64,000 nt of DNA from an uncultured Gemmatimonadaceae bacterium (GTDB lineage Bacteria > Gemmatimonadota > Gemmatimonadetes > Gemmatimonadales > Gemmatimonadaceae): contig CAWFQK010000002.1 of NCBI GenBank assembly GCA_963817955.1, forward strand, positions 832,001 through 896,000. The letters run 5' to 3'. Position numbers and translations under genes: made by a program. The notes under the pieces were generated by a model. The model made no database searches and had not been told where the DNA came from. It worked only from the letters and a program-made list of their open reading frames with translations. Positions 61,955 to 64,000 of this stretch are shown here, piece by piece (position 1 is the stretch's first letter; each line of letters begins with the position of its first letter).

Positions 61955-62494
61955 CTACAGCCTCAATGTGAGACGGCGCTTCCCTGGGGTCGTCGGATCC
62001 AAGCGACGAAATCCGAAGTCGAGACGCTCGTACCACGCGAGGAGCTTGTCGTTCTTCGGATCGACGGCGAGGAAGGCCCCGCCTGTTTCGTCGCGAGCCT
62101 GCGTCGCGATCTTGATGGCGGCGGCGACCAGGAGCGACCCAAGTTCTTGACCCTGGAGGTGCGATGCCACACCGAGCCTTCCGAGCAGGTAGCCCCCGAC
62201 GGCGCGATATGGGACAGATTGCAGACCGAGCTGGCTGAGAACGGCCGGAGTTACCGGCACCGAAAGCGGCGACAGCGTGAAATATCCGGCGACCTGTGCG
62301 CCGGGATCACTCGCCTGAGAGTCGATCGCGATCCACACGCTGCTGAGACCAGCGGACTGCTCCGGGAGCGCACTGGATCTCAGGTAGTCGTCGATTTCCT
62401 GCGCGCCGGGATGATCGCCGCTGCTGAACTGTTGAACTTCGTGGTGCGCTGCGAGCTGGACGAGCGGGAAGCGCGGTCCAGAGTGAGAAGACAT
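61955..62494 (-). CDS. GNAT acetyltransferase toxin
   Basis: FSSG..IDDYL, GYFTL, LGRLGV..QGQELGSLL, WYERLDF. Confidence 0.85.
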   Translation of the reverse strand: MSSHSGPRFPLVQLAAHHEVQQFSSGDHPGAQEIDDYLRSSALPEQSAGLSSVWIAIDSQASDPGAQVAGYFTLSPLSVPVTPAVLSQLGLQSVPYRAVGGYLLGRLGVASHLQGQELGSLLVAAAIKIATQARDETGGAFLAVDPKNDKLLAWYERLDFGFRRLDPTTPGKRRLTLRL

Positions 62495-62521
62495 CGTCGA
62501 TTGCGTATCCGGCCAACCGGA

Positions 62522-62824
62522 TCAGATGCCGAACAGGGACTCGGCGCGCCGGGTCGCCGCTTGCAGCGCGGCGGTCGTGGGCACCGGAGCAGCGAGGATG
62601 CGCAGCAACTCGGCCTGCTCGGTGGCGGTGAGTCGCCATTCTTGCGTGCTGCCGATCTCGTTGGCAACTCGCTCGGCGAGCACCTCGACCACGTATTCCG
62701 ACAACGACTCCCCTCGGGACTTGGCGACGGTTTCGGCGTGTCGCTTCAGGACCTTCGGAAGCCGAGTCTCGAGCCGATCGTCCGCTGGCAAATCGAGATA
62801 AGCCTGAGCCGCGTTGGCTGGCAT
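62522..62824 (-). CDS. DUF1778 (TacA-like) RHH antitoxin
   Basis: RLETRL..LKRHAE..SLSEYV, upstream of a GNAT gene. Confidence 0.8.
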   Translation of the reverse strand: MPANAAQAYLDLPADDRLETRLPKVLKRHAETVAKSRGESLSEYVVEVLAERVANEIGSTQEWRLTATEQAELLRILAAPVPTTAALQAATRRAESLFGI

Positions 62825-62929
62825 CGTAAACTCCTGCGAAAACCACGTACGGACAATGTACTACACTGTGTCTGTGCCGGCAAGCCTGGGACCGCTATCG
62901 CACACCCAGCTCGACACGACGTGGTTTCA

Positions 62930-63454
62930 TCATCGGGATCGCAAGTCTTCCGAAATCGCGGCGAACTGCTCCAACGCAGCTTCGAGATCAGCGGCGATAT
63001 CGGCCGCAATGACCTCGGGCGCCGGCAGGTTGGAGGATTCCTCCAGCGCTTCGTCCTTCAACCAGAAGATGTCCAGGTTGAGCTTGTCGCGCTTTGCGAG
63101 TTCCTCGTACGTGAAGCACTTGAAGCGCTCGCTCTCCTTCCGGCTGTTTCTGTTCTTCCGATTGTAGCACGCCGCGAAATCAACGAGGTCGCTCGGTTTG
63201 AGCGTGTTCTCCTTGAGCGTGAAGTGCATGTTGGTGCGCAGGTCGTAGATCCAGAGCTTCTGCGTCCACGGCTTTTCCTGCGCCGGCTTGCGGTCGAAGA
63301 AGAGCACGTTCGCCTTCACACCCTGGGCGTAGAAGATCCCGGTGGGGAGACGCAGCAGGGTGTGCACGTCCGCCTGCTTGAGCAGCTCTCGGCGAACGGT
63401 TTCGCCGGCGCCACCTTCGAACAGCACGTTGTCAGGCAGCACGACGGCCGCGCG
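62930..63454 (-). pseudogene. hsdM: Type I RM methyltransferase C-terminal fragment
   Basis: RAAVVLPDNVLFEGG..LRLPTGIFYAQGVKANVLFF..LDIFWLKD..LP.PEVIA. Confidence 0.88.
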
Positions 63455-63727
63455 AATCGCCACTCCCAAGTATTGCACCGGCGATCCGGCAATCCACGGT
63501 GCGGCAATCTGAGCCGTCTGCGCACCAGGCTTCGATCCGAGAACCCAATATACCTGGGCATACCCTTGGCCGTCCGTCACCATCGGGTTTCCGGCCGCGG
63601 CCGATGCCGACGTCTGGCCCACTACGAAGCGGCCTCCATCCGGCGTGCTGAAATAGACACTGATCCCTGGCTCGGCGGCGCTTGTGATGGGGTCGATGAC
63701 CAGTACCCGGCCAAAGGCTGACGTCAA
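63455..63727 (-). other. Ig-like (Big-1-like) domain fragment fused in frame to the hsdM C-terminus
   Basis: TDGQGYAQVYWVLGSKPGAQT..GSPVQY. Confidence 0.55.
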
Positions 63728-63734
63728 CCTTCAT

Positions 63735-63776
63735 TATATAGATCCAGAATGTCGATATATAGATCCAGAATGTCGA
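63735..63776. repeat. Exact 21-bp tandem duplication
   Basis: TATATAGATCCAGAATGTCGA x2. Confidence 0.9.
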
Positions 63777-63794
63777 TCCAGAGAGCGCTGATCG

Positions 63795-63998
63795 TCACCG
63801 ACTCGTTCCGACGCACGCTCCTGCGGTCGTCAGCCCCACCGATGCGCGCAGTACGATGAGCGCATCGGCCGCGTCAACCCGGCCGTCACAGTTGGCGTCT
63901 CCGTGCGGCATGATCGTGAGTCCGGACGGCATCTGCATTCCGACCAGCGCTTGCTGCACCAACAGCGCGTCGAACGCGTTCACCGCGCCGTCGCGGTT
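63795..63998 (-). CDS. C-terminal dockerin type I-like domain of a protein starting beyond the window
   Basis: NRDGAVNAFDAL...GDANCDGRVDAADAL duplicated EF-hand-like repeat. Confidence 0.8.
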   Translation of the reverse strand, partial: NRDGAVNAFDALLVQQALVGMQMPSGLTIMPHGDANCDGRVDAADALIVLRASVGLTTAGACVGTSR

Positions 63999-64000
63999 GA

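Overview
High-GC bacterial chromosomal window; gene content and gene order suggest Gemmatimonadota (inference). Bases 1 to ~50.2 kb are mostly core genome: S9 and M14 peptidases, tRNA-Arg(CCG), MlaD, an MCP with a sigma28-like promoter, rho-ruvX-mltG, HD-GYP, a 23S-5S rRNA unit with its own promoter and no 16S, rlmI-like, mutM, CDF, tldD/tldE, tdh-kbl, MPG, NYN, a sigma54 two-component operon, HNH, PHP, PBP1A, tyrS and an LPS/ABC operon. Bases ~50.5-64 kb are an accessory island with TA modules, a Fic protein, a TPR-GGDEF protein and many spliced gene fragments (integrase, rhuM, two out-of-order hsdM pieces, Ig-like, DUF234-like). The most unusual signal is intergenic. Several hotspots carry repeat-bracketed cassettes, and three repeat types sit around or beside the decayed 5' end of a small gene. 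(i) GAGAACTGCA arrays form inverted arms (55 bp perfect in copy 1) around a GxxExxY-like remnant; there are two copies, capped by GTCATCCTGAGC REP-like palindromes. (ii) Heptamer arrays flank a four-helix-bundle-like remnant. (iii) About 55 phase-locked but highly diverged 21-bp units lie upstream of a remnant of an uncharacterised helical protein family. All protein family assignments are from motif recognition only; no database searches were run.
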